Shown here piece after piece: positions 9,002 through 19,555 of a DNA stretch of 64,000 nt. The first letter of the stretch is position 1, and each line of letters opens with the position of its first letter. This DNA is from an uncultured Nitrospirales bacterium (lineage in GTDB: Bacteria; Hydrogenedentota; Hydrogenedentia; Hydrogenedentales; SCBR16-9): the NCBI GenBank assembly GCA_964537975.1, contig CAZIDP010000020.1, forward strand, positions 783-64,782. The letters are read 5' to 3'. The translations under genes and the position numbers were made by a program. The notes below the pieces were generated by a model. That model was not told the origin of the DNA, searched no databases, and saw only the letters and a program-made list of their open reading frames with translations.

Positions 9002-11119
9002 ATGCGCTTTATGTTAAATTCACGAACCTTATTGACCTGTGTACTGCTCATTGCTGTATTGGGAATCGGCATAGGAACGGGATGCACCGCAGACCGTGTC
9101 GATGAAGCTTATTTTCGAGACGGAATTGCTTATGGCGTAACCGATGGGCCTTTTCGTGGCCGCTGGTGGAGTTATTATGAGCGAGGGGTCTCCTTCATGG
9201 CCGGCGAGTTTTATGAGGAGGCGATACAAGACTTTAAGGTGGCGCTTAATGGTTATTCTCGTGACTCTTGGCGTGCGCGAACGTACGGGCTACATTTCAC
9301 AGAGTATTTTCCCAATCGTGAGATGGGGATTGCGCTTTTGCAATTGGGCCAGTTGGACGATGCCATGGTATATCTTCTCAGGTCGATACACCAGGTAGAC
9401 ACCGAGCGTGCGTATTATTACCTCGACCACGTGAAACGCGAAAAAATAGCCCGCGGCGAATTGCCTGCGGATACCACACCGCAAATACGCACCGATACGG
9501 AAGGTCGTTTGCTTGTTGCTGAACGTGAATTTGACATTACCATTGAGGCAGAAGATGTTGTCGGTGTTTCCGGTGTAGAAATCAATGGACGACGTTTATA
9601 CCAACGGGGTAGTCAGGAGTCACTCCATTACCGGGAGTCTGTTTTGCTAGGTGCTGGGGCTCAATCTATCGAAGTGGCAGCCGTCAATCTTGCCGACAAC
9701 CGAAGCGTGGATAATATCAACGTGATCGTTGATCTGACCGGCCCCAATATCGGAATCCATTCGCCTGTCATGGCGGCTGTTATTCAAGACAGCAGCATGC
9801 TCCTGGAAGGGGTCGTCGTCGATCAACATGGCATAGATGAAATTCAGGTTGATGGACGTGTGGTTATGGCTGCTAATGGTGAAACACGGATTCCCTTCTC
9901 TGCATCAGTAAATCTTGTATCCGGTGAGAATGTGTTTGTGGTCAGCGCGACTGACAGAGCGGGAAACGAAACACGAAGTGCAATACGTGTTTACCAGGGC
10001 GCCCCAGACGAGCCAACAGCACAGCTCTGGCAACGATCACAAAAGCAGGAAGCGGGATTGAAACTTGCCGATGCTGGCACCGGTACTCTGGGTATGTTGC
10101 TGAGTGCCACACCAGAAGATGATAGTGCTGCTATTAATCTCAAGTCACCACGTTCGGACCGGCCTTACAGGCACAACCGCACCTTACGTGTATCCGGCGA
10201 GGTTATCTCTTCCGAGAGTATAGTAACGCTTGTTATTAATGACGAACCCTTTGCTGAATTAACCGGGGCGCCACGGGAAAGTTTCAACAAGCGTTTCCCA
10301 ATTGATGTAGAAATTGAAACAGAAATCGATGTTTCTATACGTGCTGAAGATGCGGCTGGAAACGTGATGTCACATGATGTGCGCGTCCCGGTACGCCCGG
10401 TTGACCTGGATACCCGAGAGTCCCGTATGCCCGTGGCTGTTCTGGCGTTTTCCGGGCATGGCATTGATACGGAGACAAGCGAGTATCTTCGGGTCAGTAC
10501 CGAGTCCAGGATTTTCCAACAAAACCGGTTCCGTGTGCTGGACCGTATCCAGTTGCAGGATGTACTTACTGAACAACAACTGGCATCTGCTTTGGCCAAT
10601 CCGGATGAAGCGATTGCAATTGGTAAATTGACGCCAGCACATATTTTTATTGTAACCGATGTGTTTTCACATGGCACTTCAGGTCTCGAATTGAAAACAC
10701 GGGTAATCAGCACAGAAACCAGTGACTTGATGGCAACGCTAGACGTATTCATAGAAGACCGTGAAGACAATGCGGCAATCCTGCAAGCCTGCGAAAACCT
10801 TGCGACTCAGCTTGCGACTTCGTTCCCGCGTATCTCTGGAGAAATTACTGGTGTGCGAAGCCGTGGTACAACACAGGATTTATTGGTTGATTTGACGCAA
10901 GAAGATGGTGTCAAAGAGGGTACGTATCTGTTAATTGTGTATGAAGAAGAACCCTGGATTGATGAAGATACCGGTGAAGAGCTGGCACCAGGTGAGTTTA
11001 TTGAAGTCGGACGAGCGCGAATCACGGGGGTGACTCCCAGCAATGTACGGGCGCAAACCGTGGAACAAGAGCAAGGAGGGACGACCATTGAAGCTGGTTT
11101 ACCGGCAATTACCATGTAA
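9002..11119 (+). CDS. Putative lipoprotein: TPR, tandem Ig-like domains and C-terminal CsgG/FlgT-like domain
   Basis: Hydrophobic N-terminus ending GTGC; TPR-like helices (YYERGVSF...EEAIQDF); Ig repeats (NVFVVSATDRAGNE); CsgG/FlgO-like FRVLDRIQLQDVLTEQQL...AIAIGKL. Confidence 0.7.
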   Translation: MRFMLNSRTLLTCVLLIAVLGIGIGTGCTADRVDEAYFRDGIAYGVTDGPFRGRWWSYYERGVSFMAGEFYEEAIQDFKVALNGYSRDSWRARTYGLHFTEYFPNREMGIALLQLGQLDDAMVYLLRSIHQVDTERAYYYLDHVKREKIARGELPADTTPQIRTDTEGRLLVAEREFDITIEAEDVVGVSGVEINGRRLYQRGSQESLHYRESVLLGAGAQSIEVAAVNLADNRSVDNINVIVDLTGPNIGIHSPVMAAVIQDSSMLLEGVVVDQHGIDEIQVDGRVVMAANGETRIPFSASVNLVSGENVFVVSATDRAGNETRSAIRVYQGAPDEPTAQLWQRSQKQEAGLKLADAGTGTLGMLLSATPEDDSAAINLKSPRSDRPYRHNRTLRVSGEVISSESIVTLVINDEPFAELTGAPRESFNKRFPIDVEIETEIDVSIRAEDAAGNVMSHDVRVPVRPVDLDTRESRMPVAVLAFSGHGIDTETSEYLRVSTESRIFQQNRFRVLDRIQLQDVLTEQQLASALANPDEAIAIGKLTPAHIFIVTDVFSHGTSGLELKTRVISTETSDLMATLDVFIEDREDNAAILQACENLATQLATSFPRISGEITGVRSRGTTQDLLVDLTQEDGVKEGTYLLIVYEEEPWIDEDTGEELAPGEFIEVGRARITGVTPSNVRAQTVEQEQGGTTIEAGLPAITM

Positions 11120-12515
11120 TGGGCTGCTTGCCCGGGCATTATCGCTCTTCTTGATGCTGTTCGCCACCACCCATGCTGTAGCGCAACTGGAGATCAATAC
11201 CTCACCCAATGTCGTTGGTAGCGGAGCCCGGGCATTGGGTATGGGCGGTGCCTTTATTGCCATAGCGGATGATGCGACCGCAGCATCGTGGAATCCTGGT
11301 GGTTTGACCCAATTGGAACGACCTGAGATTTCGTTGGTGCTAAGCCACAAATGGGTGGGGGAAGAATTTGAATCACGATACCATCCAGAGTTGGACCGAG
11401 CCCATCATGTCTCGTTTGAGGAGATTAACTACGCCAGCATTGTTTACCCCATTCCACGCACCATAGGGGGTCGGAATCTGGTAATCAGTCTGAACTATCA
11501 GCAAAAGTATGATTTCGATCGTGATCTCAACTTACGATACAGAGATATAACGGCTTTACCGTTTGGCAACATCGCAGCAATACGCAGCCGGTTGGAATAT
11601 CGTCAACGTGGTTCTCTGGCCAGTATTTCACCCGCGTTTGGTTTTGAGCTGACACAAAGACTTTCATTTGGGGCGGTCATGAACTTGTGGGACCAGTCGT
11701 TGTTGCCCGACAACGAATGGGAAGTACACCGAAATATTCGCAACACCGCGCTCATCAATGGACGCATGTTTCCAGGCTCGCTGGTCAGGCTCACCGTTGA
11801 AGAGCAGTTCAAAAACTTTCGCGGTACCAACTACAGCTTTGGCGCCTTTTATCGTGCAACAGAAAGACTTCATTTTGGCTTTGTTTACCATACGAAGTTG
11901 AATGCCGATGTTGATTACGAACGCATTGAACGAACACGCATTGGCAATTATGGGTACAAACGGCGCGAAAGACCAAAACAATACACTTTTCCCAGTGCAA
12001 TAGGTGCTGGTGTGGCATACCGATTCCCCAATGACAAATTAACTTTGTCGCTTGATATTACCCGTAGAGAGTGGGACCAATTCGTCATACACGATCCAAG
12101 GAACCGGAGTTTCAGTCGTCAACGTTTGTCTGGCGTTACGGGACTTCCTGTTTCTGCTTCCAATGTCAAGCCAACCTACACGGTACGCCTTGGTGGTGAA
12201 TATGTATTCGTCAATGAACGCAAACCGGTACAACATTACCTGCCAAGTTTTCGGGCGGGTCTGTTTTATGATCCAGAACCTTCTGGTGGACGAAAAGATC
12301 AATGGTACGGGCTGGACAGTGGCAACGGTCGACCAGACGATTATTATGGCGTATCTGTTGGTGCTGGCTTGTTAATAAAAAACAGGGTGAACCTGGATGC
12401 AGCATACACCTATCGTTGGGGGAGTGGCGTCCGAAATGATACCTTTGGCTTGCCTGGTACCGATGCGGATGTACGCCAGCATATGTTCTACTTGTCTACG
12501 GTAATTTATTTTTAA
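11088..12515 (+). CDS. Outer-membrane beta-barrel, FadL/OmpP1/TodX family
   Basis: GSGARALGMGGAFIAIADDATAASWNPGGL signature; terminal aromatic residue (VIYF); TTG start at 11088 with AAGGAGG 7 nt upstream, overlapping the previous gene. Confidence 0.85.
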   Translation: MKLVYRQLPCNGLLARALSLFLMLFATTHAVAQLEINTSPNVVGSGARALGMGGAFIAIADDATAASWNPGGLTQLERPEISLVLSHKWVGEEFESRYHPELDRAHHVSFEEINYASIVYPIPRTIGGRNLVISLNYQQKYDFDRDLNLRYRDITALPFGNIAAIRSRLEYRQRGSLASISPAFGFELTQRLSFGAVMNLWDQSLLPDNEWEVHRNIRNTALINGRMFPGSLVRLTVEEQFKNFRGTNYSFGAFYRATERLHFGFVYHTKLNADVDYERIERTRIGNYGYKRRERPKQYTFPSAIGAGVAYRFPNDKLTLSLDITRREWDQFVIHDPRNRSFSRQRLSGVTGLPVSASNVKPTYTVRLGGEYVFVNERKPVQHYLPSFRAGLFYDPEPSGGRKDQWYGLDSGNGRPDDYYGVSVGAGLLIKNRVNLDAAYTYRWGSGVRNDTFGLPGTDADVRQHMFYLSTVIYF

Positions 12516-12583
12516 GCTTAAATCACACACAACTGAAGTGATATGTCAGCATTGCTGATGTCGCCATCTACCGGATTTCGTGT

Positions 12584-13285
12584 TTATTTCTCTGTTTGTT
12601 CTTGTGTCAATTCCATTAAATTAAATGAATCGCAATTTTCCGCTTCCTTTAGCGACATTTCAGTCAGTAAATGCTTTTCATTCGTATTTATGCCGTGAAT
12701 GCGTTTGACTGAGACTTCAATAATCTTTTCGCGCAACGTCTTGCCTGTATCAAAGATGATGGATTTTAAATCCCAAGAGTCATCATCGTAGATACAATCT
12801 TTAACCCACCCAAGCGTCTGGTCTTCATGTACCACATTGTATTTTTTGATTTCGTCATATGTAAGTAAATCAGGCTCTTTTGGCGTGGAGCTCGTATCAG
12901 AATCGGTATCCTGAACCGGTATAACAACCGGAGCTGCGCCAGCTTGCGCTATACCTTGTGCAGACCAATATGGTATCCATTGATAATGTTTAAAAAGGTT
13001 TTCTTCAAATTTGCGTGTAAGTGTGCCCGCGTTTTTGAACTCAGGACTGGATTCAACATCGTTCAATGATCGGTGAATGGTTATTGTCTGTTTTTCTGGA
13101 TCAAATACATCCAGATTCTGTGTAGAAAATATAACTGTCTTTCCAGACAACCAATTTCCCGTATCAAGTATCAGATACCGAACATTCCAGGTAGCCTTGT
13201 CAATATAAACATCTGTGAGTTTGCCAACTTCATCGTCATTAAATTGAATAGTGAAATTCATTAGAACATTCAAACTTCTCAACAT
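12584..13285 (-). CDS. PRC-barrel domain protein (two barrels)
   Basis: VGKLTDVYIDKATWNVRYLILDTGNWL, HYQWIPYW and a second barrel LGWVKDCIYDDDSWDLKSII. Confidence 0.85.
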   Translation of the reverse strand: MLRSLNVLMNFTIQFNDDEVGKLTDVYIDKATWNVRYLILDTGNWLSGKTVIFSTQNLDVFDPEKQTITIHRSLNDVESSPEFKNAGTLTRKFEENLFKHYQWIPYWSAQGIAQAGAAPVVIPVQDTDSDTSSTPKEPDLLTYDEIKKYNVVHEDQTLGWVKDCIYDDDSWDLKSIIFDTGKTLREKIIEVSVKRIHGINTNEKHLLTEMSLKEAENCDSFNLMELTQEQTEK

Positions 13286-13441
13286 ATCAAGACTACCTCC
13301 TAATTCGGTTGGATTTATCTCACAACTTAATAAGTAAAGTGAATGTGAGCCAAGTATCTAGATATAATCATTTTATTGTTTCAGAATATTCCTGCGATGG
13401 TATAAATATTGATATTTTACGTGAATGAAATCGGAATCCGG

Positions 13442-15451
13442 TTAAATCCCTTCCTCAATTTGTCGCTTTTCCAACACACGTATTCGGTCACGGTATTCAG
13501 CAGCTTTTTCAAATTCCATTTTCAATGCAGCATCGTTCATTTTCTTTTTCAACTTACGTATCGAATCGGCCAAGTCCGCTGTCGCAACATACTGGTCTTT
13601 ATCCTCGGCAGCGATGGGAATGGTGATATAATCGCGCTCATAGATACTGTTGAGCATATCGGGAATTGCTTTTCGGATGGTGCGTGGTGTGATATTGTTT
13701 TTCTTGTTGTACTCAACCTGCTTTTTCCGTCGACGGTCCATTTCAGCGATGGCCCGCTTCATGGAGCCGGTCATGGTATCCGCGTACATGATGACGGTGC
13801 CATTAATATTTCGTGCTGCCCGGCCACAAGTCTGAATCAAGCTGGTTTCAGATCGTAGAAATCCTTCCTTGTCCGCATCCAATACCGCGACCAGCGATAC
13901 TTCAGGGATGTCCAAACCTTCTCTCAGCAGATTAATACCGACGAGTACATCGTATTCGCCCTGGCGGAGTTCCCGCACGAGTTCAATACGTTCAAGCGTT
14001 TCGACATCAGAATGCATGTAGCGTACACGAACCTGCAAATCACGGAAGTAGTCGGTCAAGTCTTCTGCCATACGTTTTGTCAACGTCGTAACCAGTACCC
14101 GTTCATTTCGTTTGGCACGTTCACGAACTTCATCCAGAAGATCATCGATTTGATTGCTTGCAGGTCGAACCAGAACCTGTGGGTCTATGAGTCCGGTTGG
14201 GCGAACCACTTGTTCGATTATCAATCCCTCACTATGGCGCAATTCATATTGTGATGGGGTAGCACTCACAAAGATGACCTGCTTCATACGCTTTTCAAAT
14301 TCTTCGAATGTCAGGGGTCTGTTGTCACGTGCACATGGCAATCGAAATCCATACTCAATTAATTTATCTTTTCGGGAACGATCTCCCTTAAACATTGCCC
14401 CTATCTGTGGAATCGACATGTGGCTTTCATCAATTACCAGCAGGAAGTCCTCTGGGAAATAGTCCAGCAAGGTATATGCTGGCTCACCCGGCATGCGACC
14501 ATCCAGATGCCGTGAATAGTTTTCGATTCCGCTGCAATAACCCAGCTCTCGCATCATCTCCATGTCAAAACGCGTACGCTGTTCCAGGCGTTGCGCAAAC
14601 AAGACCTGATTGTCCGCTTCCAAGGTTTGCAAGCGTTCTTCCAGCTCAATAGCAATCCCTTCTAACGCTTTCTCCATCACCTCACTGGTTGTCACATAAT
14701 GGCTACCAGGATAAATCGCTGTGCGGCGCAATTTTCGGTGTACTATACTGCGCAAGGGGTCTATTTCATAAAGACCTTCAATCTCATCACCAAAATATTC
14801 GACACGAACAGCCAAATCACCTTCATATGCCGGGAATATGTCAACGATGTCACCTCGCACCCGAAAGGTACCACGATGAAAATCCATGTCATTACGGGTG
14901 TATTGCATGGCGATTAAACCTTCAATCAGCCTGTCCCGTGAAAACTCTGCTCCTGGCTCCAGGTTTACCTTCATGCCACTATACGACTCGGGAGAACCGA
15001 TACCGTAAATACAAGAGACACTGGCCACGATGATGCAATCCCGGCGGGTCAATAGTGCCCGTGTTGCAGCGTGTCGCATCTTGTCAATTTCATCATTAAT
15101 AGAGGCATCTTTTTCTATATATGTATCAGTCGTGGGCACATAGGCTTCCGGTTGATAGTAGTCGTAGTAACTGACAAAATAACCCACTGCATTATCAGGA
15201 AACAACTCCTTGAATTCGCTGTAAAGCTGTGCTGCCAGAATCTTGTTGTGGGCCATAACAAGTGTGGGGCGGTTGACACGTTCAATCACATTGGCAATGG
15301 TGAAGGTCTTGCCGGAACCTGTCACGCCCAGCAATACTTGTGCTGGTAAATTTTCCTCCAACCCCTGAACAAGGGCTTCAATAGCCTCCGGTTGATCACC
15401 TGCCGGTTGAAAGGTCGATTGCAATTTGAATTTTTCACTGGCTACCAACAC
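13442..15451 (-). CDS. uvrB: Excinuclease ABC subunit B
   Basis: [47 protein letters not shown]-terminal UVR domain; GTG start. Confidence 0.99.
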   Translation of the reverse strand: MLVASEKFKLQSTFQPAGDQPEAIEALVQGLEENLPAQVLLGVTGSGKTFTIANVIERVNRPTLVMAHNKILAAQLYSEFKELFPDNAVGYFVSYYDYYQPEAYVPTTDTYIEKDASINDEIDKMRHAATRALLTRRDCIIVASVSCIYGIGSPESYSGMKVNLEPGAEFSRDRLIEGLIAMQYTRNDMDFHRGTFRVRGDIVDIFPAYEGDLAVRVEYFGDEIEGLYEIDPLRSIVHRKLRRTAIYPGSHYVTTSEVMEKALEGIAIELEERLQTLEADNQVLFAQRLEQRTRFDMEMMRELGYCSGIENYSRHLDGRMPGEPAYTLLDYFPEDFLLVIDESHMSIPQIGAMFKGDRSRKDKLIEYGFRLPCARDNRPLTFEEFEKRMKQVIFVSATPSQYELRHSEGLIIEQVVRPTGLIDPQVLVRPASNQIDDLLDEVRERAKRNERVLVTTLTKRMAEDLTDYFRDLQVRVRYMHSDVETLERIELVRELRQGEYDVLVGINLLREGLDIPEVSLVAVLDADKEGFLRSETSLIQTCGRAARNINGTVIMYADTMTGSMKRAIAEMDRRRKKQVEYNKKNNITPRTIRKAIPDMLNSIYERDYITIPIAAEDKDQYVATADLADSIRKLKKKMNDAALKMEFEKAAEYRDRIRVLEKRQIEEGI

Positions 15452-15454
15452 GTA

Positions 15455-17584
15455 TCACCCCGCTGCTGCAAGCGATTGCTTTTTCATGTCCAATTGCGTG
15501 ACGAGTGAAACGCCGGTGACGGTACGCAAGGTACGCATGACCCGGTCTACAATGCTCCGATCACTTGCCGTAAAAACGAACTCAAAGTCTGCTTTACCAC
15601 TATCACTTTGGCCATATGTCGCACGAAGTATCTCAAGATTCATTGGGCGCAGGGCGTTGGTGATATCAGCGATGGCATTGGGTCTCATGCCTATCTGTAC
15701 CCGTATTGCGGTCTCGAAGGAACCTTCCCCTTCCCAGGATGCCTCAACGATACGATTCAGGTCACGGGGTGATTTGGCGAAAGCACGGCAATCAGCCCGA
15801 TGCACCGATATCGATTGACTTTTGGTAATATAGCCGATGATAGCGTGCCCTGGCATGGGATCGCAGCATTTGGCAAATTGGACTGCCATCCCCTTCTGAC
15901 CTTCGATCCGGATTAGTTTGTGCCGTGTCGCATCATCGACTTGCCGCACCGTTCGTACGGGTGTTGGCGCGGGAATCGAGCGTGGTGTCGTTGCCGTAAT
16001 AGAATCTTTGCCTCGGATATGATCGTGATGTGGCAGTATGGGTTCTAAAACACCAATCTCACGTAAACGTTGCCGGATGCTGGTACGCGCACGTCCGGTA
16101 ACAACAATGTCTACCCAATCTGCATGCGGAGTTTGATTTTTGGAGGTCAGTATTTCAACCATGTCCCCAGTTTGCAGATGATAGCGAAGCGGTACCATAC
16201 GGCCATTTACCCGGGCACCCATACAATGGTGTCCGATATCCGAGTGAACCAAATAGGCAAAGTCCAATGGTGTTGCACCCAGGGGTAGTTCTTTTACTTC
16301 TCCCTTGGGTGTAAAGGCATATATGTTGGATGCCTTAAAATCCTGGCGCATGTTTTCCATGAGCTCATCAGGGGCATTGGCGTCTTTTATCCATTCATAC
16401 ATTTGTCGCAGCCAGGACAATTGATCATCCAGCCGGCGGTCTTTGGCATGCTTGCCTTCTTTATACACCCAATGTGCCGCGATGCCTTCTCTGGCCGTTT
16501 TGTCCATTTCTTCGGATCGAATCTGAATCTCCATTGGACGACCATTGGCCCGCATGACGGTTGTGTGAATGGCCTGGTACATATTCAATTTCGGCATGGC
16601 AATATAGTCTTTTAGACGTCCAGGAATTGGCGTCCAGATACTATGTACCACCCCCAGCGCATTGTAACAACCACTTTCGATAGTAGTGATGATACGAATG
16701 GCTTGTATATCGAGAACCTCATTAAAATCTTTGCCTTGGCGTACCATCTTCTGATAAATGCTGTACAGGTGTTTGGGGCGTCCAATAACCCTTGCCGGGA
16801 CATCCGCTTCTCGAAGTCGCGTATCCAGATAACGAAGTGTTTCATTTAAATCCGATTCCCGTTCTTTTCGCTTCATGGCAACTTGAGCGGCTATTTCTTT
16901 GTATTCATCTGGCATCAGAACATGAAATGCATGGTCCTCCAGCTCCCATTTCCAGTTGGAAATACCCAGACGGTGTGCCAGGGGAGCGTATATTTCCAGG
17001 GTTTCTCTCGCTATACGTTCCCGTTTTTCTTTGGGGAGATATTCCAATGTTCGAATATTGTGAAGCCGGTCTGCCAGTTTGATCATGATGACACGCACGT
17101 CTTTGGCGGTCGCCACCAGCATCTTACGAATATTTTGCGCCTGCTTGATTTCGCGCATCATGTTCGGGGCGAGCGGCAACTTTTCTTCACCTGAATTCTT
17201 GCCATCCTTTGTGACCGTCAAATTGCTGATCTTTGTCACCCCTTCAACAAGGGTGGCTATTTCGTCATCAAAATTCGATTTCAATTCTTCAAAAGTAGTG
17301 GGTGTATCTTCTATCACGTCATGCAATAAACCAGCAGCACATGTAACAGGATCGAGACCCAACGCCGCCAGATTCTGCGCAACGGCAAGAGAATGGATGA
17401 TGTAAGGTTCTCCGGATAAACGTTCCTGGCCCTGATGTGCAGCTACCGCCTCCCGATATGCCTTTCGTACGATCTCCAGGTCGGCATTGGGAAAGTTTTT
17501 TTTGAGAATTTTGAGTAATTTCAAGAAGTTACTGCGCAAAATAAGGTTCCCGTACAAATTATGGTGAATAAAGTAATCTTGCAA
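15455..17584 (-). CDS. relA: Long bifunctional (p)ppGpp synthetase/hydrolase (RSH)
   Basis: HD domain LLHDVIEDT, KLADRLHN, synthetase GRPKHLYSIY with RLKD (RxKD) motif, TGS (TPLDFAY), AKCCDP, ACT domain. Confidence 0.96.
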   Translation of the reverse strand: MQDYFIHHNLYGNLILRSNFLKLLKILKKNFPNADLEIVRKAYREAVAAHQGQERLSGEPYIIHSLAVAQNLAALGLDPVTCAAGLLHDVIEDTPTTFEELKSNFDDEIATLVEGVTKISNLTVTKDGKNSGEEKLPLAPNMMREIKQAQNIRKMLVATAKDVRVIMIKLADRLHNIRTLEYLPKEKRERIARETLEIYAPLAHRLGISNWKWELEDHAFHVLMPDEYKEIAAQVAMKRKERESDLNETLRYLDTRLREADVPARVIGRPKHLYSIYQKMVRQGKDFNEVLDIQAIRIITTIESGCYNALGVVHSIWTPIPGRLKDYIAMPKLNMYQAIHTTVMRANGRPMEIQIRSEEMDKTAREGIAAHWVYKEGKHAKDRRLDDQLSWLRQMYEWIKDANAPDELMENMRQDFKASNIYAFTPKGEVKELPLGATPLDFAYLVHSDIGHHCMGARVNGRMVPLRYHLQTGDMVEILTSKNQTPHADWVDIVVTGRARTSIRQRLREIGVLEPILPHHDHIRGKDSITATTPRSIPAPTPVRTVRQVDDATRHKLIRIEGQKGMAVQFAKCCDPMPGHAIIGYITKSQSISVHRADCRAFAKSPRDLNRIVEASWEGEGSFETAIRVQIGMRPNAIADITNALRPMNLEILRATYGQSDSGKADFEFVFTASDRSIVDRVMRTLRTVTGVSLVTQLDMKKQSLAAAG

Positions 17585-17713
17585 TGTTGCATGTACTAAA
17601 ATTTCCAGATAACCCTGAATTTGATTTTATAAGATAACAATATCTATGTGTTGGGTATTTTACCATTGAATTAATAATTATGTCTTGTAATGGGCTTACA
17701 TCGAGACATGCAG

Positions 17714-19255
17714 TTAATATCTTTGAAGTAATTCTAACATCTTACGATCCAGTAAATGGCCATGAAATGCTTCATATTCAACATCCTGGCGATTACTGTC
17801 CAGGATGCCAAAACTACCTCGAAAATTCCATAGTGCCCAGCCTATACCCGCACGGGCATATGATTTCAGACAATCTTCCATCCAGTGCAGTGTCACATCG
17901 TGCGGGGTATGCTGAAAGGCACCCCATTCTCCCACCATAACACCCACACCACGCTCCCGCAGGTCTGCCCAGTGTTGGTAGTATGTGTTCCACAGCCAAT
18001 CGGCATTTTGCGTGATGGAGGTGGTGATCATTTTAGTATCTGGATCGATCACGATGGGCTGATTTGGCGCACCCCATTGCGGGTAAATGTCGATACTGTC
18101 ATATTCTATATGGCCGTCCCCTATCGCAATATGTTTTAACGTAAGCCAATCCCCTTCGACGTTGTCCAGTATCAACGTGTGCTTTCCAGGTGGAATGATA
18201 AATTCAACGGGCATGTCGTATATATTTTGATAACAATTGTATTCGGGGCGATACACCACCTCTTTCCAGGGGCCTTCACCTGGACCTGGGGTAAATACCT
18301 GACTGTCAATAACTTCGTCCTCTTTTATCAGGGCCAATCGGGCAGCCGTGGAAACGGTGCCAACCATAACAGTAAGGGTGACGGGATGGTCAAAGTCACA
18401 TTGTATGGTTAAAGGCGCATGTAATGCCGACTGCATGGGGCCATACAGGAATCCACCGCCTATGCCGGGTATAGGCCATCTTGGTACAGGCCAATTATCA
18501 GAACCGGTAATCCAACTTGCCCGGTAATGGGAAATGCTTGCCGGTTCATAGCCCCGTGTAGCCTGAGCGACTCCCAAGGGTATAGCCTCTTCAACGATAA
18601 ACTTGCCCCATTCAAGCCCATCTATGATGACCAGACGCTCCGGGTCTACTGCTCGTATGGCATCCAGAATCTTTGAAACCACCTGGGTATAGGTGTTCTC
18701 ATCGATGCCATGTGGCTCATTAAAGAGATTGAAACTCAGATGTGAGTTGGGAATATCCCTGTAACGCCGGGCAAAATGCTGCCAATGGAGTGCGCAAACA
18801 CGCTGTGCCTCTGCATCTTGCCAAAGGTTTGTAGTTTCTTTTGGTTCAGCAACGGTATGACCAGGCGCCCGATGAAAATTTAACGAGACATGGATATTGT
18901 ATTTTTCGCCATAGGATATAGCTTCATCTATTTTCAATAAGGCCGTGTCATCAATTTGCTCCCAGTCGTTATCAAGAATCCAGAAACGATAATCCATTGG
19001 AAGCCGCACAAAATTGAACCCCAATTCGGAAATTAACTGGAAATCTTTCTCCTGATAACCAATTTCATCTGTCCAATCTCTATGAAACAAGCCTAAAAGA
19101 TTAAATCCACGCCATTGCGGCAAGTGGTCAGGAGATGCTTCTGGTAGGATAGACGCTGTGGCGTTCTCTTGATTCTGTGTACCATTCAAAAAGCTACATA
19201 GAATTAGTAAGCAATTCATGAGCATATTGCTGTTCTCCTGATGTTTTGGGATCAA
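17714..19255 (-). CDS. Glycoside hydrolase family 5 (cellulase superfamily), exported
   Basis: WRGFNL, GFNFVRLPMDY, NLFNEP (acid/base), VGEWG (nucleophile), GWALWNFRG. Confidence 0.9.
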   Translation of the reverse strand: MIPKHQENSNMLMNCLLILCSFLNGTQNQENATASILPEASPDHLPQWRGFNLLGLFHRDWTDEIGYQEKDFQLISELGFNFVRLPMDYRFWILDNDWEQIDDTALLKIDEAISYGEKYNIHVSLNFHRAPGHTVAEPKETTNLWQDAEAQRVCALHWQHFARRYRDIPNSHLSFNLFNEPHGIDENTYTQVVSKILDAIRAVDPERLVIIDGLEWGKFIVEEAIPLGVAQATRGYEPASISHYRASWITGSDNWPVPRWPIPGIGGGFLYGPMQSALHAPLTIQCDFDHPVTLTVMVGTVSTAARLALIKEDEVIDSQVFTPGPGEGPWKEVVYRPEYNCYQNIYDMPVEFIIPPGKHTLILDNVEGDWLTLKHIAIGDGHIEYDSIDIYPQWGAPNQPIVIDPDTKMITTSITQNADWLWNTYYQHWADLRERGVGVMVGEWGAFQHTPHDVTLHWMEDCLKSYARAGIGWALWNFRGSFGILDSNRQDVEYEAFHGHLLDRKMLELLQRY

Positions 19256-19555
19256 TATTCACCAAAATAATGGCTATCGGATAAAATTTTATCCTTGATT
19301 TTCTGACAACAGTTCAGGGATTATATCAAAGGTTTCATAGCTACAATTAATTGATGATATGAAATTACCCTTTGCAACTTATTTTGAGTATACTGGGTTG
19401 ACTATTTTACTTTTTTATGTGAATACGTTATGCTGAATGCACCTCATAGCAATGTTATTTGGGGGGAATCACAAGATAGTGATCTGTTTTGGTTCTTATT
19501 TCAGTCAATACGTAACAATAATTGTCTCAGTTACAAGTTTACAGGAGATTTTGAT

